64,000 bases of DNA from Opitutia bacterium (lineage in GTDB: Bacteria; Verrucomicrobiota; Verrucomicrobiia; Opitutales; T3Sed10-336), in assembly GCA_050506795.1 (NCBI GenBank), contig JBJHCF010000009.1, forward strand, positions 65,801 to 129,800, given 5' to 3'. The number at the start of each line of letters is the position of its first letter. The stretch's first letter is position 1. A model generated the notes under the pieces. The model did not search any database. It was not told the DNA's origin and saw only the letters and a program-made list of their open reading frames with translations. Made by a program: the position numbers and the translations under genes. Of this stretch, positions 20,212-30,839 are shown piece by piece.

Positions 20212-21558
20212 ATGAACGTCACCGGTCTCGCCATCGTCCCACCGCCAGACGCCTCCGCCATGCCGCGCGTCACGCCCGAATTGCTCGCCTCGGTTCTGGC
20301 CCGTTACTCCCGCAGCAACGACGGGTTGCAGGCCATTCTGGCCAAAGTCGATCTCGATGACCCGGATGCCTCCATCGACCGGATCCTTCGGTTCGTCGAC
20401 TACGGACACGCCTCCATCGGCGGCCTCACCGGCGGCATTGCAATGGCGGTGGATGATGTTTCCATGTGGCTGGCCTACAAGATGTTCGAAATCTCTCAAA
20501 TGGCCGATGGCCAGGAGTCGAGCACGCGCTACATCACCATGAGTTCGACCAACCTGCCGCAACCGGACGTGATTGGCTTGCCGCCGGAATTGGCCGATGA
20601 CTGGACCGGGTTAATGGCGGCTTCGTTCGAGGCCTACACGGAGGAGTACCAGCGGCTGGACCGGCTGGCGGAGAAGAACCCCGATGTGGTCCGGTACCCC
20701 AAAAATTCCAAACCGGCATTGATCCGCCGCCTGCGCAAGAACTTCGCCCTGGATCGCGCCCGCTATTTTGTGCCGTTCGCCACCCACACCAACCTTGCCC
20801 TGGTCATGTCCTCCCGAATGTGGGCGGAAACGGTCAAACACCTGGATTCCCTGCCCCAGCCGGAAGCCCGCCGCGCGGCGGAACTGCTGCGGAACGAACT
20901 GGAGAAAATTTCCCCCCGCCTGATGCGCCACAGTCGGCGGGATGCTTCATTCGCCGCCCAGGCAGAGGCGGACCTGGAATACAGTTTCGAAACCGGCCTC
21001 GCCGGTCTGTCTCCGGACCACCTGCCCGATCAGGTCTGGGTGAAAACCGATGCCGCCGCGCCCCCCTTTCTGCCGGAAACCCAGCGCGCGGCCGACGCCC
21101 TCCGCGACCGCGGCAACCGCTACAGCCGGGTGGGACGGGCTCTGCGACGGATGCGCGTGACCTTTGCGTGGAATAACCTGGCCGTGGCCGAACTGCGCGA
21201 TCTTAACCGTCACCGCACGGGTCACCGCTTTACCCCGCTCGTCCAGCATGGGTTTTATTTGCCCCCCGAGATCGACGCCGCGCGGCATCGGGAGCTCCTG
21301 GAACGGCAAACCAACCTGTTGAAACGTCTTTTGGAAATGCGTTCTCCGGCGTACCCCTACGCCCTGTTGCTCGGCAGCCAAACACCCTTCGAGCACAGCA
21401 CCCAGGCGGACAAGTTCGTGTATGAAGCGGAATTGCGCACGGGTATGGGCGCTCATTTCCGCTACGCCGAACACCTCGCCGCGGCGCTGCGGGAGTTCTA
21501 CAAGTCGGTTCCGGAAGTCCAGCCCTGGGTGCAGGAAGGAAAGGCCGAACCGGAGTGA
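20212..21558 (+). CDS. thyX: FAD-dependent thymidylate synthase-like protein (long, two-domain form)
   Basis: ARYSRS, YGHASIG, QESSTRY, DRARYFVP, second half RDLNRHR and ELRT..GAH..Y. Confidence 0.72.
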   Translation: MNVTGLAIVPPPDASAMPRVTPELLASVLARYSRSNDGLQAILAKVDLDDPDASIDRILRFVDYGHASIGGLTGGIAMAVDDVSMWLAYKMFEISQMADGQESSTRYITMSSTNLPQPDVIGLPPELADDWTGLMAASFEAYTEEYQRLDRLAEKNPDVVRYPKNSKPALIRRLRKNFALDRARYFVPFATHTNLALVMSSRMWAETVKHLDSLPQPEARRAAELLRNELEKISPRLMRHSRRDASFAAQAEADLEYSFETGLAGLSPDHLPDQVWVKTDAAAPPFLPETQRAADALRDRGNRYSRVGRALRRMRVTFAWNNLAVAELRDLNRHRTGHRFTPLVQHGFYLPPEIDAARHRELLERQTNLLKRLLEMRSPAYPYALLLGSQTPFEHSTQADKFVYEAELRTGMGAHFRYAEHLAAALREFYKSVPEVQPWVQEGKAEPE

Positions 21559-21610
21559 CCCGGCGGCAAAGGCTTGATCTCGGGGTGATTTTCTCTCTAA
21601 TGAGCTGATC

Positions 21611-22171
21611 ATGCGGTTCCACGCGGTATATCATTTCGGACTATGCGCCTTGGTGCTGCTCGCGCCATCGCTCCTGCCGGCTCGCGATATCACCCAACCG
21701 GATTACTCTCGCCGGGTACCCTTCGAAGGGGAACGTCTTTCCTCGCCGTCGAGGACCTTTGAGCAAAACTCCGCCATTGCCGAAAAACGATTTCCGGTGA
21801 ACGAGTGGCATGCCCGCTACAGCACGATCGGCCGCCAGCGCGCCAACATTGAAATGACGGCCCGCGAACGTGAAGTTCTGGCCCACCGCACACTTTCCTT
21901 TGACCGAATCACCCCCTCGGTATCCCAATTCGATGGACGGCAGGCCTACCTGCGGAATTTGAACCAGGTCGAGCGCTCGGTGGACAGTCGCATCATGGAG
22001 GACGCCAGCGTCCGACGCTTCGATGGCCCCATGCGCGAGATTCAGGCCGAGGTGGGTGGAAGCGAAGACCTTTCCCTGAGCGACCTGAACCGGTTCTTTT
22101 ATATGCGCAACCGCCCCGGCGCCGACGGCTCCGGACCTCCGCCCGTCCAGCAACCGGGAGTAAGTCAGTAA
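21611..22171 (+). CDS. Secreted hypothetical protein
   Basis: Signal-peptide-like N-terminus; fills the gap between thyX and uvrC. Confidence 0.65.
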   Translation: MRFHAVYHFGLCALVLLAPSLLPARDITQPDYSRRVPFEGERLSSPSRTFEQNSAIAEKRFPVNEWHARYSTIGRQRANIEMTAREREVLAHRTLSFDRITPSVSQFDGRQAYLRNLNQVERSVDSRIMEDASVRRFDGPMREIQAEVGGSEDLSLSDLNRFFYMRNRPGADGSGPPPVQQPGVSQ

Positions 22172-22198
22172 TATGAACCGCTCCACCGGCTGAAATGC

Positions 22199-23728
22199 TT
22201 AGCCTGCTTCTGCCGGCGGCTCGGATTCTTTAGGTAAGCGCCCCTTAGATGATTCCTGGGCGGGAGTGTGAAGGAAGGCGTGGAGGCGGGCGGCGGATTG
22301 CGGTCCGATACCATCCACCTCGGCGATTTCGGCCGGCGTGGCGCGTTTCAGGCGTTGCATGGAACGAAAGCGGGCCATGACCGCTGCCTTGCGTTTGGGA
22401 CCGAGCCCGGGAAAATCGTCGAGGATCGATTCCCGGATCCTTTTGCTGCGAAGCTCCGCGTTGAACGTATTCGCAAAGCGGTGTGCCTCGTCGCGAATCC
22501 TTTGGAGCAGGCGCAAAGGTGCACTGTTGGAGGGCAGGTTGAGGGGGGCCCGTTCGTCGGGAAACACAATGGTTTCCTCCCGCTTGGCTAGACCGATCAG
22601 CGCTGGCGGCTGGAGGTTAAGGGAAAAAAACGCTTTCAGCGAGGCGTTCACCTGACCCTGTCCCCCGTCGATCACCACCAGGTCGGGAAACGGTTTTCCC
22701 TCCTCCGCCAACCGCCGGTAACGTCGCCCGACGACCTCCTCCATGGCCCGGAAATCGTCGTTTCCCTCGAAGGACCGGATCCGGTACCGCCGGTATTGGG
22801 TTTTGTCCGGACGGCCGTCGGTGAAACGCACCATGGAAGCCACGGAATAGGTGCCCGAGATATGCGAAATATCGAAACATTCAATTACCCTGGGTGATCG
22901 AGCCATTCCCAAAACCTCCATCAGTCCGGCCAGTTCTCCGCCGGGACGAACCCCGGCAAGCGGGTCGCGGGTAAACTTGCGGGTCTTGAGCAGGGTCTTT
23001 TCCAGGGCCAACACCACATCGCGCAACTCCGCCGCCATTTCGTACTGCCGTTTCTCCGCCGCCGTGGTCATGTCCGATCGCAGGCGCTCCAACCATTCCC
23101 GCGCCTTTCCCTCCATAAAGGCACAGGCGTTTTCCACCCGATCGCGGTACTCATCCGGCGAAACTTCGTTGGGAAACTCCGTCAGTTCGCGCCGAACGTC
23201 ATCGTACAGCCGAAAACGCCCGTCAGGAAGGCGGGCGGGTGAGGCATCCGCCAGGATCACGCCGAAACGTCGTCGCAATTCCTCGAGCGTTTTACGAAGC
23301 GGGCCGGCGTGAGCGAACGGGCCGAAGTAGCGTGAACGCTCGTCCGTGCGATGGCGCACCAGCCGAAAACGCGGAATGACCGCCTCCAGGTCCACCCGCA
23401 CCAGGAGAAAGCGTTTGTCGTCGGTGAAATCGGTGTTGTAGCGCGGTTTCCACTCCTTGATCAGGCGGCCCTCGAGAAGGAGCGCCTCCGACTCCGATTT
23501 AACCTCGATCACGTCAAAGTCCCGGATCATGGAAATCAGAGCCCGTATCTTCGGTTGGTGAATGCGGCTGCGCGATGGCTGGAAATAAGTGGATACGCGT
23601 TTTTTGAGATTCTTTGCCTTGCCCACATAGAGAATCGTCCCCAGCCGATCCTTCATGAGATACACTCCGGGACCGGAAGGCAGTTTCCTGACCTTTTCCT
23701 TGATTTTGCTGGCGCCGCTCTCTGGCAT
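22199..23728 (-). CDS. uvrC: Excinuclease ABC subunit C (short variant)
   Basis: PGVYLM..YVGKAKNL GIY-YIG, UVR motif, IECFDISH, DGGQGQ, RDEAHRFA, two HhH. Confidence 0.95.
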   Translation of the reverse strand: MPESGASKIKEKVRKLPSGPGVYLMKDRLGTILYVGKAKNLKKRVSTYFQPSRSRIHQPKIRALISMIRDFDVIEVKSESEALLLEGRLIKEWKPRYNTDFTDDKRFLLVRVDLEAVIPRFRLVRHRTDERSRYFGPFAHAGPLRKTLEELRRRFGVILADASPARLPDGRFRLYDDVRRELTEFPNEVSPDEYRDRVENACAFMEGKAREWLERLRSDMTTAAEKRQYEMAAELRDVVLALEKTLLKTRKFTRDPLAGVRPGGELAGLMEVLGMARSPRVIECFDISHISGTYSVASMVRFTDGRPDKTQYRRYRIRSFEGNDDFRAMEEVVGRRYRRLAEEGKPFPDLVVIDGGQGQVNASLKAFFSLNLQPPALIGLAKREETIVFPDERAPLNLPSNSAPLRLLQRIRDEAHRFANTFNAELRSKRIRESILDDFPGLGPKRKAAVMARFRSMQRLKRATPAEIAEVDGIGPQSAARLHAFLHTPAQESSKGRLPKESEPPAEAG

Positions 23729-23798
23729 TTTCCGGAAACCGATGTATCCTGATTATTGCATTCTTTCAACCCGCTCTACCCTGTGACTATATTCAATA

Positions 23799-25067
23799 AT
23801 GGGCTCCGGCAAGAATCTCGAGATAATCACCATCGGCAATGAATTGCTGCTTGGCCGCGCCTGCGAAAAACACCTGGGCTACCTGGCCGCGTGGCTCTAT
23901 CCCCGCGGAGTGCATATCCGGCGCAGCGTGGTGGTCCGCGATGCACCCGAGGAAATCGAGGACGAAGTGCGTCGGAGCTGGGAACGGGCGGACATGGTGA
24001 TCACCACCGGGGGTCTCGGCCCCACCTCCGACGACCTCACGCGGGAAGCGGTGGCCAGGGTGCTGGAAGTGGCGTTGTTACGGGACGAGGAAACCGTCCG
24101 TCGGCTGGAGGCCTATTTTCGAGAGCGCGGGCGGTCCATGACGCCGAACAACCTGCGCCAGGCCGATCGGCCGCAAGGATCGGAGCTGATCCCCAACCGG
24201 AACGGCACCGCTCCCGGGATCTGGTACCGCCAGGGTAAAAAGGTCCTGATCATGCTCCCGGGACCGGCGGAAGAACTGCACCCCATGTTCGAAAACGAGA
24301 TTTTGCCCCGGCTGGATGCCGCGGGGCTGGTCGAGCCGGAAGCGCCCTTCGTCGAGATTCGTACCGCGGGTTTGGGCGAGTCGGTATTGGAGACGACGCT
24401 GGAACCGCTTTTGAACCGTTTCCCCGGAATCAAAATCTCCTACCGGGCGCACAGCGCCCTGGTTGACGTCCGTCTCAGTTCCGAGGACGGCGCCTACAAC
24501 CGCGAGGCTCTGGAGGCCATTGGTGCGGAATGCGCCGAGGCCCTGGGTGAAGATTTTGTGGGCTTTGGCTGTCAGATGCTCAGCCGGATCCTCTCCGACC
24601 ACTTGCGCGAACGCGATCAGCTCCTGGCGGTGGCCGAATCCTGCACCGGGGGGCTGCTGGCGAGCTGTTTTACGGATATTCCCGGAGCTTCCAAAACCTT
24701 CGCCGGCGGAGTCGTGGCCTACACCAACGCCGCCAAAGTGCAGCTCCTGGGGGTTCCGGAATGCCTGCTCGCCCAACACGGCGCGGTGAGCCCGGAAGCC
24801 GCCGCGGCCATGGCCACCGGTGTGGCGGAACGCCTTTCCGCCGAATACGCGCTCAGCATCACCGGTTTCGCCGGTCCCGGAGGCGGGAACCGGGACAATC
24901 CGGTCGGCACCATTTATCTGGGCCTGCACACCCCCGAAGGCGTCTGGTCCCGCCGGGTCAACTTCCCCGGCAGCCGCACCACCGTCAAGACCCGCGCCGT
25001 CAACGCCGCCCTCGACTGGCTGCGCCGCGAACTGGCCAACCCCGCCCCGGCCGCAAGCCGGAGCTGA
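23799..25067 (+). CDS. cinA: Competence/damage-inducible CinA with NMN deamidase domain
   Basis: TGGLGPTSDDLT, NGTAPG, LPGP, AESCTGG, ITGFAGPGGG. Confidence 0.92.
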   Translation: MGSGKNLEIITIGNELLLGRACEKHLGYLAAWLYPRGVHIRRSVVVRDAPEEIEDEVRRSWERADMVITTGGLGPTSDDLTREAVARVLEVALLRDEETVRRLEAYFRERGRSMTPNNLRQADRPQGSELIPNRNGTAPGIWYRQGKKVLIMLPGPAEELHPMFENEILPRLDAAGLVEPEAPFVEIRTAGLGESVLETTLEPLLNRFPGIKISYRAHSALVDVRLSSEDGAYNREALEAIGAECAEALGEDFVGFGCQMLSRILSDHLRERDQLLAVAESCTGGLLASCFTDIPGASKTFAGGVVAYTNAAKVQLLGVPECLLAQHGAVSPEAAAAMATGVAERLSAEYALSITGFAGPGGGNRDNPVGTIYLGLHTPEGVWSRRVNFPGSRTTVKTRAVNAALDWLRRELANPAPAASRS

Positions 25068-25180
25068 GCACAGAAACCAAGAGCCATACGCGCGGATGCA
25101 TCAGGTTCGGTCCGGGAATTGATCGAGCCTTTTTCGTGGCCAAGCAGAAAGAATTTCGGCAAATTCCGGCTTCATCGAAG

Positions 25181-26293
25181 ATGGCGGACAAACCATTCAC
25201 ATTTATCGGAGGATCCGACGATTTCCTGGTTGAGCGGGCCGGGAAGGAACGTTTCGAGCGGATGACCGCGGACATCGAGGACGATCTGGCGATGGAGGTC
25301 GTGGACGGCTACGCCAACAACGTGGGCGAGGTGGAGAAGGCGGTGAACCAGTTTGTCCAGGCGGTGGACACGATGCCGATGTTCGGCGGGACAAAGGTGG
25401 TCTGGTTCAAGAGCGTGTGTTTTCTCGCCGACTCGGTCACCGGCCGGGCCGAGGGCACTCTGAAACAAGTGGAGCGGCTCCAGGACGTGCTCGGGCGGCT
25501 CGACCCGGCGGCGGTTTCGGTTCTGGTGACCGCCTCACCGGTGGATCGTCGTCGCACCTTCCCAAAATGGCTGGAAAAGACCGCCGACTTCCAGTGGCTG
25601 GCGGCCGCGGGAAGCGGCCGCAATGAAGACCCGCGCGCCCTGGAGGACCTGGTTCGCCGCGAGTGCGCCGCCTTCGGCGTCGAAATCGCGCCCAACGCCC
25701 TGGCACTGCTCACCGCCAAGGTCAACGCCAACACCCGTCTGATGGTGGAAGAAATCCGCAAGCTGGCAACCTACCTCGGGAAGGAGGGCGGTGTGATCGA
25801 GGAACCCCTGGTGGCCGAGCTGGTGCCGGATTTCGGCGAAGGTGACTTTTTCGAGGCGGCGGAGGCCTTTTTTTCCCGCGACCTGGCGTGGACACTGGAC
25901 GCCCTCCGGCGCCATTTTTTCGCCGGCCACGACGCTCGCGGCCTCATCACCACGCTGCAGAACCGCAACCGGATCCTCATCCAGCTCAAAACGCTGCTCG
26001 ACGCCGGCGAAATCCGGATGGGTTACCGGGGACTGGACAAAACCAGTTTCGAACAGGCGGCCCGCGCCCACCGCGAGGCTTTCGGCGATTCCGAGACCAA
26101 ATCCCATTTCAATGTCTTCACCCAGAACCTCTGGTACCTGGGCAAACTCTCCGACGGGGTGAAAGGTCTGACGCTGCGGCGCCTGATCGACCACCAAACC
26201 GAATTCATACGCGCCTTCGAACGGATTCTGACCCACCCGAATGAGCAGGAGGAAGTCATGCGCGATACGGCTATCCGTTGCCTGGGAGAGTAG
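25181..26293 (+). CDS. holA: DNA polymerase III subunit delta
   Basis: GSDDFLV, TMPMFGG.KVV, EIRKLATY clamp-loader delta pattern. Confidence 0.8.
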   Translation: MADKPFTFIGGSDDFLVERAGKERFERMTADIEDDLAMEVVDGYANNVGEVEKAVNQFVQAVDTMPMFGGTKVVWFKSVCFLADSVTGRAEGTLKQVERLQDVLGRLDPAAVSVLVTASPVDRRRTFPKWLEKTADFQWLAAAGSGRNEDPRALEDLVRRECAAFGVEIAPNALALLTAKVNANTRLMVEEIRKLATYLGKEGGVIEEPLVAELVPDFGEGDFFEAAEAFFSRDLAWTLDALRRHFFAGHDARGLITTLQNRNRILIQLKTLLDAGEIRMGYRGLDKTSFEQAARAHREAFGDSETKSHFNVFTQNLWYLGKLSDGVKGLTLRRLIDHQTEFIRAFERILTHPNEQEEVMRDTAIRCLGE

Positions 26294-26376
26294 GGGAAAC
26301 CAGATCCAAGCTGCTTCGTGGCCGCTAACCTTTTTAACGTGCGTTCCAGGATCACAGGGCGTACAGTTTTTCGCTT

Positions 26377-27795
26377 ATGATTCCCAACGTGCTCGCAGAA
26401 CGGTACGCGTCCGCGCAAATGCAATCCATCTGGTCGGCCCAGGGGCGGGTTTTGATCGAACGCGATTTCTGGATCGCGGTCATGAAAGCCCAGCGCGACC
26501 TCGGTCTGGATATTCCGGAGGAAGCCATCCGGGCCTACGAGGCGGTGCGGGAAACGGTCGACCTGGAATCGATCGACCGGCGGGAACGCAAGACCCTGCA
26601 CGACGTAAAAGCGAGAATCGAGGAATTCTGCGACCTGGCCGGCTGGCAGCACATCCACAAAGGGCTCACCAGCCGGGACCTGACGGAGAACGTGGAGCAA
26701 CTCCAGGTGCACCGTTCTCTGGTCAACCTGCGCCTGAAAACCGGCGCCGCGCTCGGGATACTGGCGGAGCGGGCCCGGGAGTATCGCGATCTCATCGTCA
26801 CCGCCCGCACTCACAACGTGCCCGCGCAACCGACCACCGTCGGCAAACGCCTAGCCATGTCCGGCGAGGAACTCCTGCACGCCTTCCGCCGGCTGGAATC
26901 CCTGATTGAAAGCTATCCCGTGCGCGGCTTGAAAGGGGCGGTCGGCACCCAACTCGATCTGATGACCCTGTTTGGCGGAGATCGGGCCAAAGTGGCCGAA
27001 CTGGAAAATCGGATCCTGGAGTACCTGGGATTCCGTCACGCCCTGGCCAATACCGGTCAGGTGTATCCGCGCAGCCTCGATTTTGAAACCGTCAGCTGCC
27101 TGGCTCAGCTCGGCGCCGGCGCCGGCTCGTTCGCCCGCACCCTGCGCCTCATGGCCGGTCACGAACTGGCCAGCGAAGGTTTCCTGGAAGGTCAGGTCGG
27201 CTCCTCGGCCATGCCGCACAAGATGAACAGTCGCAGTTGCGAACGGATCAACGGATTCAACGCCATCCTGCAGGGTTACGTCGCCATGACCGCGGCCCTG
27301 GCCGGCGATCAGTGGAATGAAGGCGACGTGTCCTGTTCGGTGGTGCGCCGGGTGGCGCTGCCCGACGCGTTTTTTGCCATCGACGGTCTGCTGGAAACCT
27401 TTCTGACCGTCCTGAACAACATGGAGGCCTACCCCGCGGTGATTGAGGCCGAGAACCGGCGCTACCTGCCCTTCCTGGCCACCACCACATTCCTGATGGA
27501 AGCGGTCAAGGCCGGTGCCGGACGCGAGGAGGCCCACCAGGCGATCAAGGAACACGCTTTGGCGGCGGTGCGCGCGTTGCGCTCCGGAGAGACCACGGAA
27601 AACGATCTGCTGGAACGTCTGGCCGGCGATGCCCGCCTTCCCTTGAAACGTTCAGCTCTGGAGGCCATCCTGGCAAACCCGGAGCGCTTCCTTGGTACCG
27701 CCCCGCAACAGGTCGATCGTTTCACCGAGGAGGTCGATACCGTGCTGATACGTTTTCCCGACGCCGCCGGCTACAGACCGGGCCGTATTTTGTAG
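26377..27795 (+). CDS. purB: Adenylosuccinate lyase
   Basis: HDVKA, HKGLTSRD, RTH.VPAQPTT.GKR, GSSAMPHKMN. Confidence 0.96.
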   Translation: MIPNVLAERYASAQMQSIWSAQGRVLIERDFWIAVMKAQRDLGLDIPEEAIRAYEAVRETVDLESIDRRERKTLHDVKARIEEFCDLAGWQHIHKGLTSRDLTENVEQLQVHRSLVNLRLKTGAALGILAERAREYRDLIVTARTHNVPAQPTTVGKRLAMSGEELLHAFRRLESLIESYPVRGLKGAVGTQLDLMTLFGGDRAKVAELENRILEYLGFRHALANTGQVYPRSLDFETVSCLAQLGAGAGSFARTLRLMAGHELASEGFLEGQVGSSAMPHKMNSRSCERINGFNAILQGYVAMTAALAGDQWNEGDVSCSVVRRVALPDAFFAIDGLLETFLTVLNNMEAYPAVIEAENRRYLPFLATTTFLMEAVKAGAGREEAHQAIKEHALAAVRALRSGETTENDLLERLAGDARLPLKRSALEAILANPERFLGTAPQQVDRFTEEVDTVLIRFPDAAGYRPGRIL

Positions 27796-27851
27796 TTTTC
27801 CCGGGACCACGGAAGCGGGAAACACCGCGGAAAACTTAGCGCCGCTCCCGA

Positions 27852-28682
27852 TCAGTCGAGAGTCGGTTCGGTTTCCTCCGGAATCCAGGGTTGCCGGGTC
27901 TCGATGCGCAGTTGACCCGCGCGGCGCAAACCCTCACGGACCTGATGGGAACTCAGATGCGGCACAATATGCCGGAGGGCCTCCGGATTCCCGCCATTCG
28001 ACATGGAAAGGTAACACCAGGCGTAAGCATCCACGAAACTTTGCGGCACACCGCGTCCGTAATAATACATCATTCCGAGATTGTACTGCGCGCGCGCGTA
28101 ATTCTGCCGGGCGGCCTGGCGGTACCACGAGACCGCTTCCGCCGAATTCAACGCCACGCCTTCTCCATTGGCGAAAAGCACCCCCAGGTTGTTCTGGGCC
28201 GGAGCGTAACCCTGGTCAGCAGCCCTGCGGTACCAATTTGCCGCTTCGGCCTGATTGCGCTCCACCCCTTCCCCATGGTCATACAGCATGGCGAGATTGT
28301 ACTGGGCGCGCACATGTCCCTCTTCGGCCGCTCGGCGATACCATTCGGCGGCTTTCTCCAGATCCTGCCCCACGCCTTCGCCCCGATCGTAAATCACTCC
28401 CAGACGGTACATAGCGTTCACATACCCCTGATCGGCGGCCATGCGATACCAGCGAACCGCTTCAAAATTGCTCTGCGGCTCGTGCCGCTGCTTTTCGTAC
28501 ATCCACCCGAGGTAATACTGAACCCCCACCTCTCCGGCTTCTCCTTCGTCGATAAGATTCTGCAGGGTGCGTCCGGCGGAATTTTCCGATCCTGGATTGG
28601 AATTGGCCGTCAGACAGCCATTGAAGAGTGACAGGGCTAATAGGGCGCCCAGGAACGAAAAAATAGTGCGCGGTGAAATCAT
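27852..28682 (-). CDS. Sel1-like repeat lipoprotein
   Basis: Lipobox-like LFNGC; about five A.YNLG.MY..G.GV....EA..WYR.AA.QG repeats. Confidence 0.9.
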   Translation of the reverse strand: MISPRTIFSFLGALLALSLFNGCLTANSNPGSENSAGRTLQNLIDEGEAGEVGVQYYLGWMYEKQRHEPQSNFEAVRWYRMAADQGYVNAMYRLGVIYDRGEGVGQDLEKAAEWYRRAAEEGHVRAQYNLAMLYDHGEGVERNQAEAANWYRRAADQGYAPAQNNLGVLFANGEGVALNSAEAVSWYRQAARQNYARAQYNLGMMYYYGRGVPQSFVDAYAWCYLSMSNGGNPEALRHIVPHLSSHQVREGLRRAGQLRIETRQPWIPEETEPTLD

Positions 28683-28758
28683 GCGGAATAGAAATTAACT
28701 CCAATAGATGACCCCAGAGAGGTCGTTGTTTCAAACTAAATCCGGAAGTAGAACACCG

Positions 28759-29637
28759 CTAATAGCGGTTGGTCGCACCGAAATAACTCAGAAGCCAGAC
28801 TTCCTTCCAAACCCGGTACCGTCCTTCCCAGGTGATTTTCCCGTGTTCGTCCCGCAGATGGGCCGGAATCAGGAACCCGAGATCGGTATTCACCCGCTCC
28901 AGAACCGCCTGCTGATGATTCATGTCATCCACCGGATCGGTCTCGATCGGCGAAACCTCCTCACTGACCGATTTCAGCCGCTTTTGATGCAAACGAAGCA
29001 AACTTGTCGGGCTGCGCCTCCAGGGGCAGCGAACCACCTGCCAGTTTTCCGGGTAGAAGCCGCCGAACGGAAGAAACAGATTGTCGGTGATCAATCGGGC
29101 GCCGGACGCGGTCTGGGAGAGGAAACTGCAGCACGCCGAAACCATTCCCGAGCGACTGGGAATGAAGATGACCTGAAGGCGAATGGTCCGGTCCGGATTA
29201 TCGTACACACAACTGCGAATTCGCAGATCCATCCCCAAATCCGCTTCCAGAGCCTGCGATTTGCGAAAGTGATTCTCATGAAGCCAGTCACGAATCCAGG
29301 TCACCCGTTTCTGCATCGGCCATTCGAGGCCGCTGACATTGCGGGAAAAGCGCGGGAAAAGCGGGATGTCGCTGCGACTCAAGGCGGTTACCGCGAGCCA
29401 GTTGTAAAGCGTCTCCAACAGGAACCAAGCCAGGAAAAACGTGGTGGCCAGTACCCAGAAAGGCCTGCCGCTCCAGCCAAATGATTGCGCCAGGTAGGCA
29501 AAGGCCATGGACAGGACGATCCACCGGAGCCAGCGGCTGAAGATGGCGATGATCGGCGACGCGAATTGCCGGTTCAACAGAATCAGCGCCACCGCCAGTA
29601 CGGTTCCCAGAAAAATCAGATATGGTACGGTGTCCAT
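28759..29637 (-). CDS. Hypothetical membrane protein
   Basis: Three N-terminal TM helices plus a soluble domain; follows dnaN on the same strand. Confidence 0.7.
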   Translation of the reverse strand: MDTVPYLIFLGTVLAVALILLNRQFASPIIAIFSRWLRWIVLSMAFAYLAQSFGWSGRPFWVLATTFFLAWFLLETLYNWLAVTALSRSDIPLFPRFSRNVSGLEWPMQKRVTWIRDWLHENHFRKSQALEADLGMDLRIRSCVYDNPDRTIRLQVIFIPSRSGMVSACCSFLSQTASGARLITDNLFLPFGGFYPENWQVVRCPWRRSPTSLLRLHQKRLKSVSEEVSPIETDPVDDMNHQQAVLERVNTDLGFLIPAHLRDEHGKITWEGRYRVWKEVWLLSYFGATNRY

Positions 29638-29708
29638 GCTTACTTTCCGAGACCCTGAACCAAGGGGAAAAGATCCGTTTGCCGTTCAGTAAAGAACCGC
29701 GGTCGAGG

Positions 29709-30833
29709 TCAGTTCAACCGTAACGGCATGATGACACAAATGAAGCTGTCCAGAGTCTTGAAGACTCCCGGACTCAACTCATCCTTGATTTCAAGGAAAA
29801 CCTCATCCTGTGGCAACGCCTTGAGGGGATCCATTACGAACTGGGGGTTGAACGCCACCTGGATCTCGGGCCCGCTGTATTCAACCGCCATGGACTCGTG
29901 CGCCTCACCGAAATCCGGACTGGAGGCGGTAATCTCCAGGTGGTTGTCGGCCACTTTGATCCTGACCGTGTTGGACTTGTCGCTGGTCACCAACGCGACG
30001 CGGTGCACACACTGCAGCAGCAATTCCCGGTCGATCTTGATTCGCTGGTGAGTTTCTTTGGGCACCACCTGCTGGTAGTTCGGGTAACTGCCCTCCACGA
30101 TCTTCGAGACCAGATAAATGTTGTCGGCCAGGCCCTCGGCTTCGGTCTCCGTGCCGATTTCGAACGCCACCTGCCGCTCGTTGAAGGCGATTTTCACATC
30201 TTTGCCCTTGTCGAGCAACCGAAGCAGTTCGGTCACGGTTTTGGCCGGAATAATGATGTTGCCGGCATGCTCGGGAGGAAACTCCAATTCCTTGCCAATC
30301 AATGCCAGGCGTCGCCCGTCGGTCGCCACCAGGTTGAGGCGCTCATCCTGAAAACTGAAATAAACCCCGTTGAGAATGTAGCGGGTTTCATCGCTGGATT
30401 GAGCGTAGGAAACACTCTTCAGCATGCGCACCAGATCGTCCTGCCGCATGACGAATGAACGCTCGTCGGTGAAGGCGGGAAGCGGAGGAAACTCCTCCTG
30501 CCCGATTCCCATAATGCGAAAAGTTGAGCTTCCGGAGGCGATTTTGGTCTGGTGCCCCGGGGAGGAATCCAGCGCCACATCGACATTTGGGAGCTCCCGA
30601 ACGATGGTGGCCAACCTTCGGACCGGCAGGGTCACCGCTCCCGGTTCCTGGATATCCGCCTTGATCCGACAGCGGATTCCCATATCCAAATTCGTGGTGC
30701 TGAGGGAGATAAACCCGTCACTTGCCTCGATCAACACGTTGCTGAGGATCGGCATAGTCGCCCGGGAGCCCACCACGTTGAGCACCTGTTGCAGACCGAC
30801 GCTGAAATGATCGCGGTTAATCTTAAATTTCAT
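29709..30833 (-). CDS. dnaN: DNA polymerase III beta clamp
   Basis: [39 protein letters not shown]. Confidence 0.97.
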   Translation of the reverse strand: MKFKINRDHFSVGLQQVLNVVGSRATMPILSNVLIEASDGFISLSTTNLDMGIRCRIKADIQEPGAVTLPVRRLATIVRELPNVDVALDSSPGHQTKIASGSSTFRIMGIGQEEFPPLPAFTDERSFVMRQDDLVRMLKSVSYAQSSDETRYILNGVYFSFQDERLNLVATDGRRLALIGKELEFPPEHAGNIIIPAKTVTELLRLLDKGKDVKIAFNERQVAFEIGTETEAEGLADNIYLVSKIVEGSYPNYQQVVPKETHQRIKIDRELLLQCVHRVALVTSDKSNTVRIKVADNHLEITASSPDFGEAHESMAVEYSGPEIQVAFNPQFVMDPLKALPQDEVFLEIKDELSPGVFKTLDSFICVIMPLRLN

Positions 30834-30839
30834 GCTGGG

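Noticed and set aside
24761..25180. N-terminal extension of holA (similarly cysS, pyrD, PfkB kinase, thyX)
   Set aside because: The extensions overlap neighbouring genes or promoter gaps and look non-coding; downstream starts fit family N-termini.
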